This document shows, one piece after another, positions 37,776-47,876 of a stretch of DNA of 64,000 nt (position 1 is its first letter; every line of letters starts with the position of its first letter). The stretch comes from Oxynema aestuarii AP17 (GTDB taxonomy: Bacteria; Cyanobacteriota; Cyanobacteriia; Cyanobacteriales; Laspinemataceae): positions 5,877,299 to 5,941,298 of the forward strand of contig NZ_CP051167.1 in NCBI RefSeq assembly GCF_012295525.1, written 5' to 3'. The translations under genes were made by a program, and so were the position numbers. The notes under the pieces were generated by a model. It saw only the letters and a list, made by a program, of their open reading frames with translations. It was not told the DNA's origin and did not search any database.

Positions 37776-39151
37776 ACCAGGAATTTCTCGACGCACAGGC
37801 CAAACATCACGCTTTATCTCATGCGGAATGGGAAGCCCTCAATTTAGCCGTAACAGGTCACGAAATTAGTGCCATTGCCGAACAACTGCACGTCCGACCG
37901 GAAGCGATCCGCCAGCGACTGAGTCAAATCTACCAAAAATTTAACATTCAAGGACGCGGCCCGGTCAAACTGGCGAAACTGCAAAAACTCCTGCAGCAGC
38001 GCTACCAAGAACATTGTATCGCCCGCGAAGCGGAACTAGGAAGTTGCTGCTGCGATCGCCTCGGGAGCGCCATTCCCCAGGATTGGGGCAACGCGCCCGA
38101 TCTGAGTAGCTTTTACGGACGCGAGGCGGAACTGGCCACTCTAAAGCGCTGGATCGTTGGCGATCGCTGTCGCTCGATCTCCATTTTAGGACTGGGTGGC
38201 ATCGGTAAAACCAGCTTGGCGATCGCCGCCGTCAAAGAAGTTCTCGAAGCGGGAAACTTCGACACGCTCATTTGGCGATCGCTCTCCCACGCACCGACCC
38301 CAGAAACTTTACTCGACGACCTGTTGCTGCGTTTCTATCCAGAAACCTTCGATCCGCCTGCGGCGATCGCCACCAAAATGACCCTCGTCATCGAAGGGTT
38401 GCGATCGCGGCGCTGCTTAATCGTCTTGGACGACGTCGAAACCATTTTACGCCCTGGCGACCGTCTCGGACGCTACCAAAGCGGCTACGAGGTCTACGGA
38501 CAACTGTTTCAACGCGTCGGAGAATCGCCCCATCAAAGTACCTTCCTGATTCTCTCTCAAGAAAAACTGCGAGAAATCTCCTTACTCGCCGGACCGAATC
38601 AACCGGTGCGCTTGCTCAAACTCGACGGACTCAAACTCGAAGATGCCCGACAATTGCTCCAGGAAAAACACCTGAGCGGACAACCGGAACATTGGCAAGA
38701 GTTAATCGATAATTATCGCGGCAATCCCCTCGCTTTAAAAATTGTCGCCACGACGATTCAAGAAGTGTTTGGTTGCAGCGTGGATCGCTTTATAAAATAC
38801 AAAACCTTGGTGATTAAAGACCTGTTTCTCGAAGTACTCGAACGACAATTCGAGCGTTTATCTCCCTTGGAACAAAAAATTGTTTTTTATTTAGCACAGA
38901 ATCAATATCCGCATTCTTTAGAACAAATTCACCTGCAAATGAAAACCACGAACTTGAGTCATTCCGACTTAATCGAACCGTTGGAATCCCTAAGCGGGCG
39001 ATCGCTGATCGAAAAAACCAAAAATCACGAAACCCACGAACCCCTGTTTACCCTCCAACCCGTGATTCGCAAATATGCGATCAAATACCACCTCGCCGAA
39101 ATGGAAGTCAGCGAGAGTGAGGGCGCCGCGATCGAACCGACCCGGTTATAA
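37754..39151 (+). CDS. STAND-type NTPase: N-terminal LuxR/GerE HTH plus NB-ARC domain, with no C-terminal repeat sensor
   Basis: HTH LSHAEWEALNLAVTGHEISAIAEQLHVRPEAIRQRLSQIYQKF; P-loop ILGLGGIGKTSLAIA; Walker B CLIVLDDVE; GNPLALKIV (GxP motif). Confidence 0.75.
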   Translation: MMSLDSKYQEFLDAQAKHHALSHAEWEALNLAVTGHEISAIAEQLHVRPEAIRQRLSQIYQKFNIQGRGPVKLAKLQKLLQQRYQEHCIAREAELGSCCCDRLGSAIPQDWGNAPDLSSFYGREAELATLKRWIVGDRCRSISILGLGGIGKTSLAIAAVKEVLEAGNFDTLIWRSLSHAPTPETLLDDLLLRFYPETFDPPAAIATKMTLVIEGLRSRRCLIVLDDVETILRPGDRLGRYQSGYEVYGQLFQRVGESPHQSTFLILSQEKLREISLLAGPNQPVRLLKLDGLKLEDARQLLQEKHLSGQPEHWQELIDNYRGNPLALKIVATTIQEVFGCSVDRFIKYKTLVIKDLFLEVLERQFERLSPLEQKIVFYLAQNQYPHSLEQIHLQMKTTNLSHSDLIEPLESLSGRSLIEKTKNHETHEPLFTLQPVIRKYAIKYHLAEMEVSESEGAAIEPTRL

Positions 39152-39464
39152 GATCCAGCCGACGGCGATAGGAGGAGTCGCGCACGCGAAAGCGCCGTGC
39201 TAATCCTCCTCGTTCGACGCTCTCCCCTACGACTCTCCCCCCATATGCTGCGACGCACCAAGCCCCCGACTATACTTTACGATCGCGCGACCGTCGCATC
39301 TCCGCCGCCCCTACTTTTCGCCGCTCCCTACGGTTAGCCTCTCACGGTGGCTACTACTATTTTAAAAAGTTAGAATAGTTATATATTTTCAACCCCTTCT
39401 CGATGGTGTCGTTTCTCTAGCTAATTTTTCGGTGAAATGCTTTTGTAACCATTTCCCTTAATAT

Positions 39465-41156
39465 GTGAAATACTGTATCAATCCAGCCTGTCAACACCGT
39501 CAAAATTCCGATGCTGCCCTATCCTGTCAGGGATGCGGCACCGATTTGCTCGTGGGCGGACGCTATCGCCTGCTCCAGCCATTGCGATCGCTCGAAGGTC
39601 ATTACCCCACGGAACTGTTCGAGGTAGACGATCGCGGTACCCCCAAAGTAATGAAAGTGCTGGTACAACGGCGCCCGGAAGCGATCGAGATGTTCGAGCG
39701 CGAAGCCCTGACCTTACAATCCATCCAGGCTCCGGGGATTCCTCGGGTGGAACTCGACGGCTTCTTTAGCGTCTCCCTCCCCGACAGCACGCGCCCGGTG
39801 TACTGCTTGGTCATGGAAAAAATCGACGGCGAAACCCTAGAGCAGTGGTCCGCGCGTTGGGGCAAACTCCCCCAACGCCTCGCCCTCAACTGGCTCAGAC
39901 AGCTCATCGCCATTTTAGATTTACTGCACGGGAACGGCTGCTTTCACCGCGATATCAAACCCTCGAATATTATTTTGCAACCGGACGGTCAACTGGCGTT
40001 GATCGACTTCGGTTCCGTTCGCAACGTCACCGATACCTACCTGGCGAAACTCAAAGGTGGACTCGCCGTGACCAGCGTCATTTCCGGCGGCTATACCCCA
40101 CCGGAACAAATCGAAGGGAAAGCCCTCCCTCAATCGGATTTTTTCGCCCTCGGGCGCACCTTCGTCCACTTGCTTACAGGTCAATCCCCCGTCGATTTAC
40201 CCTCCAATCCCAAAACGGGGAGGCTGATTTGGCGCGATCGCGCCGAACAGGTTTCCAAACCCCTCGCGGATTTTATTGACGAGTTGATGGCGCCGTTGCC
40301 CCGCCAGCGCCCTCAAGATACCGCCAGTATCAGACGTTACTTGAGCCGTCGGGGTTTGTGGCTGCATAGTATATTGGGGATGCTGCGATCGCCCCAGATG
40401 AAATATAGCCTTCTCGGACTGTTGGCCTTCGCGCTCTTGTATCGGTTCTCTTTCCCTACCCAAGCGCAATATTACTACGATCGCGGTCTCGAAGCCTACC
40501 GACAGAAAGAGTACGAACGCGCCCGCCATTATTACGAACAAGCCCTTGAATTCCATCCTACCGATCCGAAAATTTATAATAATTTAGGATTGTTGTGCGC
40601 TAAGGAATTTGACTGGGCTTGCGCTCAAGAAAACTATCAAAAAGCCTTGGATCTCAATCCAGACAATCCATTCACTCAGTATAATTTGGGGGGACTTTAC
40701 GACGATTCCGGCAACTTCGAGCAAGCCGAACGCTTGTACCGTCTTGCTAGCGAATCCCCCAATCCGGTGACCGCCCACGCCTTGAGCGATTTAGCGCGGA
40801 TGCACATTTTACAAGGGGATACCGAAGCGGCGATCGCCTTGAGCGAACGGGGGTTAAAAGCAACCGACCGTCCTAAAGTTAGGGCGGCATTATATAAAAA
40901 TCTAGGTTGGGCGTTCTGGATCGAAAACGATTACGCCCGCGCCGAATCGCACCTGCGAGCGGCGATCGCCGCCAACCCCGAACGGAGCGACAGTTACTGT
41001 TTGCTCGCCCAAGTTCTCGAAGCTCAAGGCGATCGCGACCCCCCCCTCATGTATTGGCAAAATTGCCTAAAGCAGAACCCCCGCATTCAATTAGACCTGC
41101 TCGCTTGGCAAACCCTCGCCCGCCAACGACTGAACCAGGCGCGAGGCGATCGTTAA
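39465..41156 (+). CDS. Ser/Thr protein kinase with N-terminal zinc-ribbon and C-terminal TPR repeats
   Basis: CINPACQHRQNS…CQGCGT; catalytic loop HRDIKPSNIIL; DFGS; TPR units after a TM segment. Confidence 0.8.
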   Translation: MKYCINPACQHRQNSDAALSCQGCGTDLLVGGRYRLLQPLRSLEGHYPTELFEVDDRGTPKVMKVLVQRRPEAIEMFEREALTLQSIQAPGIPRVELDGFFSVSLPDSTRPVYCLVMEKIDGETLEQWSARWGKLPQRLALNWLRQLIAILDLLHGNGCFHRDIKPSNIILQPDGQLALIDFGSVRNVTDTYLAKLKGGLAVTSVISGGYTPPEQIEGKALPQSDFFALGRTFVHLLTGQSPVDLPSNPKTGRLIWRDRAEQVSKPLADFIDELMAPLPRQRPQDTASIRRYLSRRGLWLHSILGMLRSPQMKYSLLGLLAFALLYRFSFPTQAQYYYDRGLEAYRQKEYERARHYYEQALEFHPTDPKIYNNLGLLCAKEFDWACAQENYQKALDLNPDNPFTQYNLGGLYDDSGNFEQAERLYRLASESPNPVTAHALSDLARMHILQGDTEAAIALSERGLKATDRPKVRAALYKNLGWAFWIENDYARAESHLRAAIAANPERSDSYCLLAQVLEAQGDRDPPLMYWQNCLKQNPRIQLDLLAWQTLARQRLNQARGDR

Positions 41157-41216
41157 CCGACCGTCCACTTGCTTTCCTTATTTCCATCCATCCCATCTCT
41201 GGAGGCAGAATAGTCG

Positions 41217-42131
41217 ATGAAACTCACTGGCTACCTCGGTTTGTGCGTCCAAACCCTTTTCGGACTGATTCAGTTTTTCGAGATCGCCCAACCCTTGAGA
41301 GCGATCGAGCATTCTCCGTCCCTGGCGGGCAACCTAACGACCGATTCCTGTCAGCGAATCGGACGGGTCTTGAGAGCGAACGACAATTCCCTGATGTCCG
41401 CCGAAAATACTGCCCTATGCGTCGAAACCGTCATCCAAACTCCCCCCGGTCGTCAATTGAGCGCCCTTTGCTTTGAGAATCTCGAAACCGTCGTGATTCC
41501 GGCAGGTCAGACTTGGCACGGTGGCGATCTGTGTCCCCCGGTTGCTCTCGTCTGCGACGAGGAACGCGGCTGCGCCCCTGAAGATCCGCGCAGCCCGGAA
41601 GAGCTACAAGACAGTCCCAGAATTGTCAGCCCGTACAACACGGCCTCGATCGACGATCGCCCTACCTTCTCCTGGAAGCACATCGCGGGAGTCGATTACT
41701 ATATCTTGAGAGTAGAAGATTTAAGCGGTAGCGACCAGAACCGAGAAAGCCGCTACACCCCCTCCGCCATGACAACGGGGGATCCGATCGAATTTCAATA
41801 TCCTTTTGACAAGCCTTTAACCCCAGGCAATGAATATATCACCACGGTCGAAGGGATTAGCAATACCAGCGATCGCCGGATCGTCAGATCGAGGAGTTAC
41901 TTAAAAATGCTCGACCGCAAAACCCACAGCCAGATCGATCGCGCGATCGCCCAACTCGACCGTCTCGACCTTTCCCCCCGCGAACAACTGCTCGACCGCC
42001 ACGCCATTTATATTAGCCACGAGTTGTTCGATCTCGCGATCGTCATGCTCGAAAACTGGATCGCAGACCATCCCCACGATTCCGAGATCGTCGGCTTACT
42101 TGAAGACCTCAAAAAAAACCAACAGATTTAG
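41217..42131 (+). CDS. Hypothetical Cys-rich protein, possibly exported
   Basis: ORF with a hydrophobic N-terminus; no family recognised. Confidence 0.45.
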   Translation: MKLTGYLGLCVQTLFGLIQFFEIAQPLRAIEHSPSLAGNLTTDSCQRIGRVLRANDNSLMSAENTALCVETVIQTPPGRQLSALCFENLETVVIPAGQTWHGGDLCPPVALVCDEERGCAPEDPRSPEELQDSPRIVSPYNTASIDDRPTFSWKHIAGVDYYILRVEDLSGSDQNRESRYTPSAMTTGDPIEFQYPFDKPLTPGNEYITTVEGISNTSDRRIVRSRSYLKMLDRKTHSQIDRAIAQLDRLDLSPREQLLDRHAIYISHELFDLAIVMLENWIADHPHDSEIVGLLEDLKKNQQI

Positions 42132-42191
42132 ATGTAAAATCTACAATCTACAATCTACAATTCCCAATTTTTTACACAGTTACGATCGCTC

Positions 42192-44912
42192 TCAATGCCA
42201 GTCTCCCGCGAGAATAAATGCCGCCCAATAGTAAGGTAAATGATAGTTTTGGTCGCGATATTGGGGATCGTGTAAAAACGTTAGTTGAGTCTGACGCAAC
42301 GCCTCCGCTTTCGTGAGGTTTGACTGGCGCCAATGGCGGTAAAACTCGCGCATGAATAACGCCGTCGAACCGTCGGCGACCTTCCACAAACTGGCTAAGG
42401 TACTGCGCGCCCCGGCTTGAACCGCGACCCCGGCTAGACCCAAACCGCCGCGACGGTCAGATTTCGCCGTTTCACAGGCACTCAAGACCAGTAAATCGAT
42501 CGGAAAAAGACTACTTTCGATCCGGCGTCGGACGAAGCGATCGAATTGACGGACGTTAATCGGGTCGTCGAAGGCGAGAATAAAGGTCTTTTGAGGATCC
42601 GAACTGAATTCACCGTGAGTGGCAATGTGAACGATCGAAAAATCGGCGTGATTGATTTGTTTTTCAAAAGCATCGCGGGTAAAGTCTTCGTCCAAAAGAA
42701 TCTTGCTGTCGCCGATTTCTGCTTGTACTTCCTGTAATTCTCTCTTTACCGCCGGGAGTTCGTCGAAGTTCGTTCCAAAACTCGGACCGTTTCTAACTCC
42801 TGCCAATAAACCCCGGGGTTCGGACGAAGTTGGGGGCGGATTCGAGTCGAGCTGCGATCGCAAACTAAACGCCAAGCTATATTTTTCAATTAAATATTGG
42901 CCTTGTTCGTCTTGCAACATGGCCATCGGAATAGTTTGTAGCAAACTGTCAGTAACAAACACTAAAGTTCCCGAATCGGGCAAGAGATCGCGAGTGGGTT
43001 GAATTAAAAGTTGGTAGAGTTCGCGAGCGGCTTTAGCGATTTGTTCTTGGTTAATACGAGGATTCAGTGAATACTCTTCTATAAAAAAATTTAAAGATTT
43101 AATTTGTCGTTTGACCGCCTGCCATGGGACTGAGTAATAGTAAAATTGCCGTTCGGAAGCATCGGGAACCTTGACTACGATCGCGATCGAATTGTACTTT
43201 TCTAAGACGATCGCGTACAGAATGGCTGCAGGGTTGTCTTGGAGGTCGGAGTCGGGCTGACTTTCGATCGATAAATCACAACCGAGAAAATTTTCTAATT
43301 CGGCCAACCCGAAGCGATCGATGAGTTGAGCCACGGTTGCGAGTCGATCTTCAAAGGGTTCCCATTTCAAAAGGACAAAAATATAGTCTTCATAAATATC
43401 TCGGACGGTTTCTTGAAAAGAAAACTGTACTTCTCTTTCTAGGGAAAGTAAATCTTGGCGAACTTGCTCTACTTGTTCGACTGCCATTTCGTAAGCGGCG
43501 ATCGCCATGGGAATTTCTCCGAGACTGTAGGCGATATTTCCTAACTGTTGTTGCCAGCGATAGCTCAGTTCTGGAGCGGCGATCGCTTCCGACAGTACCA
43601 CCGCTCGTTCGGTCCATTCTCGGGCGAGATTCAAGTTACTGTGTTTCTGGTAGAACATCCCCATCAGACCGGAGGCATAAATCTCGGTCTGAGTATGGTT
43701 CAATTGGCGAGATGCGCCCAGAGCTAACTCGATTTGGGCGATCGCCTCGCGACTGTATTGGCGATCGCCCCATTGCATTAAAGTATGGGCAAAATTGAGC
43801 CGCGCGTAGATTTCCTCAATCGCCGATAAGCCGGAAAATAATAACGGATCGGCGACTAACTGCTCCACGGTCGGTTCGATTTGAGCGTCGAGCTGGCGCC
43901 ACTCCTGAGTCAGGATCGCATTGTCATCCTGTCCGGCACCTTCCTCCTTCAACCACTCGGCGATCTCGACGAGCAAACTCAAGGCATTGAACAGCGCTTG
44001 AGAGCGGGTGCCGTTGGCACTTTCCCACTCATTCTCCCTTCGTCCTATACGGCGATAACGCTCCAGGGTTCCCTTACCCAATTCGATCGCTTTGATGCGA
44101 TCGCTGGATTGTTCGGTACGGTCGTAAAAACTGCGCTGGCGATTGTATCGCGCTCGTTGGGTGTTCGCCAAGCTCAGTTCGATAATAGCGATCTCCCGAC
44201 CCGAGCTCCACGATCTCGCCAGTTTCAGGGCTTGTTGCAACACCGTTTCCGATGCTTTCAATTTGCCGATCTCGCGCAAGATTTCCCCCAAATTCTGTAA
44301 GGCGAGCTTCTCGATTGCCGTGGAAAGACCGCAGTGCGACTCCGTACAAGCCAACTCGAACCCATCCTCTGTTTGGGCTTCACACAAAAGATCGCCCCCC
44401 TCAATCGGGAGAATCCCAACTAATACTTTACAAGCACGACGATATTGACCTTGGGTTTGGAAAACTACACTTTGGTTGATCTGGCTTCCTACGATCCCGT
44501 CACGATCGCCCAACTGGCGATACAGTCGTTCCGCTTCTTGCCACAACTCTAAGGCTTTTTGGTAGTTGCCCCGGGCAAAGTATTGGTGTCCCTCCCGGGT
44601 TAACAGGCGAGCTTGACGCCGCCATTGGGAGGACGGCGCGATCGTTTGCACCCGAAGCAGTTCCGAAGTGAGCGGGTTCGGGACGAACGGCAATGCGATC
44701 GCGCGTTGAGTCATTCCTTCGCCAAAAATTGTCCAGAGGAACAGGGCGGTTCCTCCCGCGATCGAAATAGAACGTATCCTAGCGCACCCCCGACGCTCCA
44801 GCCAAGGTTCTAGCATCTGAAATTTATAACAACCCCTGAATTGTCTAGAATCAGTCAACAGCGCACTTCTGACCCCTACTTGGCGCGATCGCCTCAGAAG
44901 TGACCGAACCAC
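42192..44912 (-). CDS. TPR-repeat plus CHAT-domain (caspase-like protease) protein
   Basis: 906 aa; TPR units in the N-terminal two thirds; C-terminal CHAT with HIATHGEF (His) and LLVLSACETA (Cys) catalytic dyad motifs. Confidence 0.8.
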   Translation of the reverse strand: MVRSLLRRSRQVGVRSALLTDSRQFRGCYKFQMLEPWLERRGCARIRSISIAGGTALFLWTIFGEGMTQRAIALPFVPNPLTSELLRVQTIAPSSQWRRQARLLTREGHQYFARGNYQKALELWQEAERLYRQLGDRDGIVGSQINQSVVFQTQGQYRRACKVLVGILPIEGGDLLCEAQTEDGFELACTESHCGLSTAIEKLALQNLGEILREIGKLKASETVLQQALKLARSWSSGREIAIIELSLANTQRARYNRQRSFYDRTEQSSDRIKAIELGKGTLERYRRIGRRENEWESANGTRSQALFNALSLLVEIAEWLKEEGAGQDDNAILTQEWRQLDAQIEPTVEQLVADPLLFSGLSAIEEIYARLNFAHTLMQWGDRQYSREAIAQIELALGASRQLNHTQTEIYASGLMGMFYQKHSNLNLAREWTERAVVLSEAIAAPELSYRWQQQLGNIAYSLGEIPMAIAAYEMAVEQVEQVRQDLLSLEREVQFSFQETVRDIYEDYIFVLLKWEPFEDRLATVAQLIDRFGLAELENFLGCDLSIESQPDSDLQDNPAAILYAIVLEKYNSIAIVVKVPDASERQFYYYSVPWQAVKRQIKSLNFFIEEYSLNPRINQEQIAKAARELYQLLIQPTRDLLPDSGTLVFVTDSLLQTIPMAMLQDEQGQYLIEKYSLAFSLRSQLDSNPPPTSSEPRGLLAGVRNGPSFGTNFDELPAVKRELQEVQAEIGDSKILLDEDFTRDAFEKQINHADFSIVHIATHGEFSSDPQKTFILAFDDPINVRQFDRFVRRRIESSLFPIDLLVLSACETAKSDRRGGLGLAGVAVQAGARSTLASLWKVADGSTALFMREFYRHWRQSNLTKAEALRQTQLTFLHDPQYRDQNYHLPYYWAAFILAGDWH

Positions 44913-45051
44913 AGAATCGGTTCTTTACTCTAGTTGATGACTGGCTATCAATATTTTCTCAGGCTTTTTCTGGGCTGGGGAGAACTTGCAACCGTTTGAA
45001 ATGTGCGATATCGAGATCTTGCCGATTGAGAATCACGAAACCCAATCCCTC

Positions 45052-45255
45052 TCAACCATCGGGAAACTGCCAGCAGCACAAATGCTCGACATCCGAACTG
45101 CCACACTCCGGACAATCCGCCTCTTCTGAAGAATCCACCCATTCGGCATCGCAACGGCGACAGTGGCAGAAAATGTTATTGCGATTGGCCTGTTCGATCC
45201 CCTGTTGCCATTCTTTGAGACCTTCGGAGTCGAACATTTTGGGAATTTCAGACAT
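45052..45255 (-). CDS. Small zinc-ribbon protein (CxCxxC … CPEC), 67 aa
   Basis: MSEIPKMFDSEGLKEWQQGIEQANRNNIFCHCRRCDAEWVDSSEEADCPECGSSDVEHLCCW. The 4-Cys arrangement suggests zinc binding. Lies directly upstream of and co-oriented with the CHAT gene. Confidence 0.4.
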   Translation of the reverse strand: MSEIPKMFDSEGLKEWQQGIEQANRNNIFCHCRRCDAEWVDSSEEADCPECGSSDVEHLCCWQFPDG

Positions 45256-45396
45256 TTCTCGAACTCGGGTAGATTTTAGATTGTAGATCTAAGATTTTAA
45301 GTTTTAGAGTTTATTGATTAGATCTCAAATTTTAATTACAAATTGCAAAGCGGGCAAGGATGCCCGCCCCTTTTCTAACTCCTGGCTTCTGCCTCC

Positions 45397-47043
45397 CTAT
45401 ACCGTCAATTCCAAACAAGCGGCCAAATCTTCATCCGGCGTCGAAATTGCTTTGAGGCCATATTTTTTCGATAACAACCCAAACACATTCGGCGAAATAA
45501 ATGCGGGCAACGTCGGACCCAAGCGGATATTTTCGATGCCGAGATATAACAAGGTCAGCAAAATCGCCACCGCTTTTTGTTCGTACCACGAGAGAATCAT
45601 CGACAACGGCAACTGATTGACCTCGACCCCGAAGGCATTCGCCAATCCCAAGGCAATCTGCAGGGCCGAATAGGCATCGTTACACTGTCCCACGTCCATC
45701 AGTCGCGGAATGCCGCCGATCTCGCCGAGGTCTTTGTCGAAAAAGCGGAATTTTCCGCAAGCTAAGGTCAAAACTACGCAATCGGACGGCACTTTTTCGA
45801 CTAATTCCGTGTAGTAATTGCGGGTCGGTTTGGCCCCGTCGCAACCGCCGACGAGGAAGAAATGACGGATTTTACCTTGTTTGACTGCTTCGACGACTTC
45901 TCCCGCCACGCTTAAGACTGCATTGCGCGCAAATCCAGTCATCACTTGACGGGAATCGCCCGTTTCGGTAAAGCCGGGTAAATTTTGGGCGATCGCAATT
46001 AACGCCGCGAAATCGTCATTTTTGATATGAGGCAAGTCGGGCCACCCCACCGGACCGAGAGTATAGACTCGATTTTTATAACTCTCGTGAGGGGGCATCA
46101 AACAGTTGGTGGTCATCAGAATCGGACCGGGAAAGGCGGCGAATTCTTTGGTTTGATTCTGCCACGCCGTCCCGTAGTGACCGTACAGGTGCGGGTATTT
46201 TTGTTTCAAACCGGGATAACCGTGGGCGGGCAGCATTTCGCCGTGGGTGTAGATCGAGATGCCCGTTGCTTCGGTTTGTTGTAACAAGTGTTCCAGGGCT
46301 TTGAGGTCGTGACCGGAGACTAAAATCGCTTTACCGACGCGCGGACCGAGGGGAACGGCGGTGGGGACGGGATGACCGTAGGTTCCGGTATTGCCCGCGT
46401 CGAGGAGTTCCATGGTCCGCAGGTTAATTTCGCCGAGTTTGAGGGCGAGATCGACCCAATCGTCCAAGGTTAGATCGTTGCGGTCGAGGGCGGCTAAGGC
46501 TTCGTGACAGAAGGCGTAAACGCGATCGTCTTCTTGGGATAATTCTCGGGCGTGGTAGGCGTAGGCGGCGATCCCTTTGAGTCCGTAGAGGACGGTTAAT
46601 TTTAAGGAGAAGATATCGACGTCGATCGCCGCTTTGGAGATAAATTCGTATTCGAGGTCTCGTCCTTGTTGGATTAACTCGTCGAGTCCGGTGGCGGGTT
46701 GGAAAGTGGCGGCGCCTTCGGGAATCGTCGCTTGGGGGGCGATCGCCTGTAACTGCTGTTTTAAGCCGTCTCTCAAGGCGATCGCGCGATCGATATAATT
46801 GACGAAGCTTTGCGGGTCGAAATTGACGTTCGTTAAGGTGGCGAATAGGGTTTCGCAACTGAAGCGGTCGGCGTCGCGATCGATGATACCGTAGTCGCGG
46901 GCGGCGATCGCCACCTGTCCCAATCCGCGTAAACTATGAATTAATAAGTCTTGTAAGGCGTCGAGTTCGGGGCTTTTCCCACAGGCGCCCCACTGATAAC
47001 ATCCTTCGCCTCGGCTGGTTTGTTCGCATTGGGTACAATACAT
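45397..47043 (-). CDS. hcp: Hydroxylamine reductase / hybrid-cluster protein
   Basis: N-terminal MYCTQCEQTSRGEGCYQWGACGK cysteine cluster; 548 aa; Hcp/CODH-fold motifs. Confidence 0.9.
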   Translation of the reverse strand: MYCTQCEQTSRGEGCYQWGACGKSPELDALQDLLIHSLRGLGQVAIAARDYGIIDRDADRFSCETLFATLTNVNFDPQSFVNYIDRAIALRDGLKQQLQAIAPQATIPEGAATFQPATGLDELIQQGRDLEYEFISKAAIDVDIFSLKLTVLYGLKGIAAYAYHARELSQEDDRVYAFCHEALAALDRNDLTLDDWVDLALKLGEINLRTMELLDAGNTGTYGHPVPTAVPLGPRVGKAILVSGHDLKALEHLLQQTEATGISIYTHGEMLPAHGYPGLKQKYPHLYGHYGTAWQNQTKEFAAFPGPILMTTNCLMPPHESYKNRVYTLGPVGWPDLPHIKNDDFAALIAIAQNLPGFTETGDSRQVMTGFARNAVLSVAGEVVEAVKQGKIRHFFLVGGCDGAKPTRNYYTELVEKVPSDCVVLTLACGKFRFFDKDLGEIGGIPRLMDVGQCNDAYSALQIALGLANAFGVEVNQLPLSMILSWYEQKAVAILLTLLYLGIENIRLGPTLPAFISPNVFGLLSKKYGLKAISTPDEDLAACLELTV

Positions 47044-47109
47044 GACGCTTGTCTCCTGATTCGCTTTCCTCTGCTTATCCCCACTCTAGAATCGCGATCG
47101 CGGCGTGAC

Positions 47110-47125
47110 CTTGACTTAAGTCAAG
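47110..47125. promoter_or_regulatory. Perfect 16-bp palindrome CTTGACTTAAGTCAAG (TTGAC-N4-GTCAA, Crp/Fnr-type box) in the hcp / regulator divergent intergenic region
   Basis: Read directly; lies between hcp (-) and the Crp/Fnr gene (+). Confidence 0.55.
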
Positions 47126-47162
47126 AACTGATTTTTTCCAGGTTGTTTTCTCTCAATTTCCG

Positions 47163-47876
47163 ATGAAACCCGCCGAATCTTCTCTTGCCGAACTCGTCCA
47201 ATTTTTGGCGACCACCCAACTTTTTGAGGGTCTTCCTCTCGAAGACATCGAAGCGTTAGCGGCGATCGCGGTTCAAAAAATGTATCGCAAAGGTGAGATT
47301 TTATTTTGGGAAGGCGATCGTGGGATTGGCTTTTTTGTTTTAATTCGAGGTCGGGTTAAGGTTTTTAAACAATCGGCGGAAGGCAAAGAACAAATTTTAG
47401 GCATTTTTGCGACCGGGGAGCATTTCGCCGAAGTTCCCGCCTTTGACGGCCAAGCTTTTCCGGCTTCGTCGGCGACGTTGGAGCAAACTCACGTTTTATT
47501 TTTTCCGAGGGTTGCGTTTTTTCAGTTAATGCAAGATCGACCGACGTTAGCGATGAATTTGTTATCGGTTTTTGCTCGAAAGCTGCGCCGTTTTAGCCGC
47601 GCGATCGAGAGTTTATCGTTAAAAGAAGTTCCGCAACGGTTGGCGGCGTATTTACTTTATTTAAATGAGTCGTCGGGCGATCGCGCTACGATGGAGTTGG
47701 ATATTACCAAAGGACAATTAGCCGCTTTTTTAGGCACGATTCCGGAAACGCTTTCCCGGGTTTTCGCCCGTTTGGTCGCCGAAGGGGCGATCGCGATCGA
47801 CGGTTCGACGATTACCTTGTTAAATCGAGATAGGTTAATCGCTCTGGCTGAGGGTCGGGTTAAACTTAAAAGTTAA
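47163..47876 (+). CDS. Crp/Fnr-family transcriptional regulator (HcpR-like by context)
   Basis: cNMP-binding-like fold (…GEILFWEGDRGIGFFVLIRGRVKVF…) plus C-terminal HTH (ITKGQLAAFLGTIPETLSRVFARL). Confidence 0.75.
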   Translation: MKPAESSLAELVQFLATTQLFEGLPLEDIEALAAIAVQKMYRKGEILFWEGDRGIGFFVLIRGRVKVFKQSAEGKEQILGIFATGEHFAEVPAFDGQAFPASSATLEQTHVLFFPRVAFFQLMQDRPTLAMNLLSVFARKLRRFSRAIESLSLKEVPQRLAAYLLYLNESSGDRATMELDITKGQLAAFLGTIPETLSRVFARLVAEGAIAIDGSTITLLNRDRLIALAEGRVKLKS

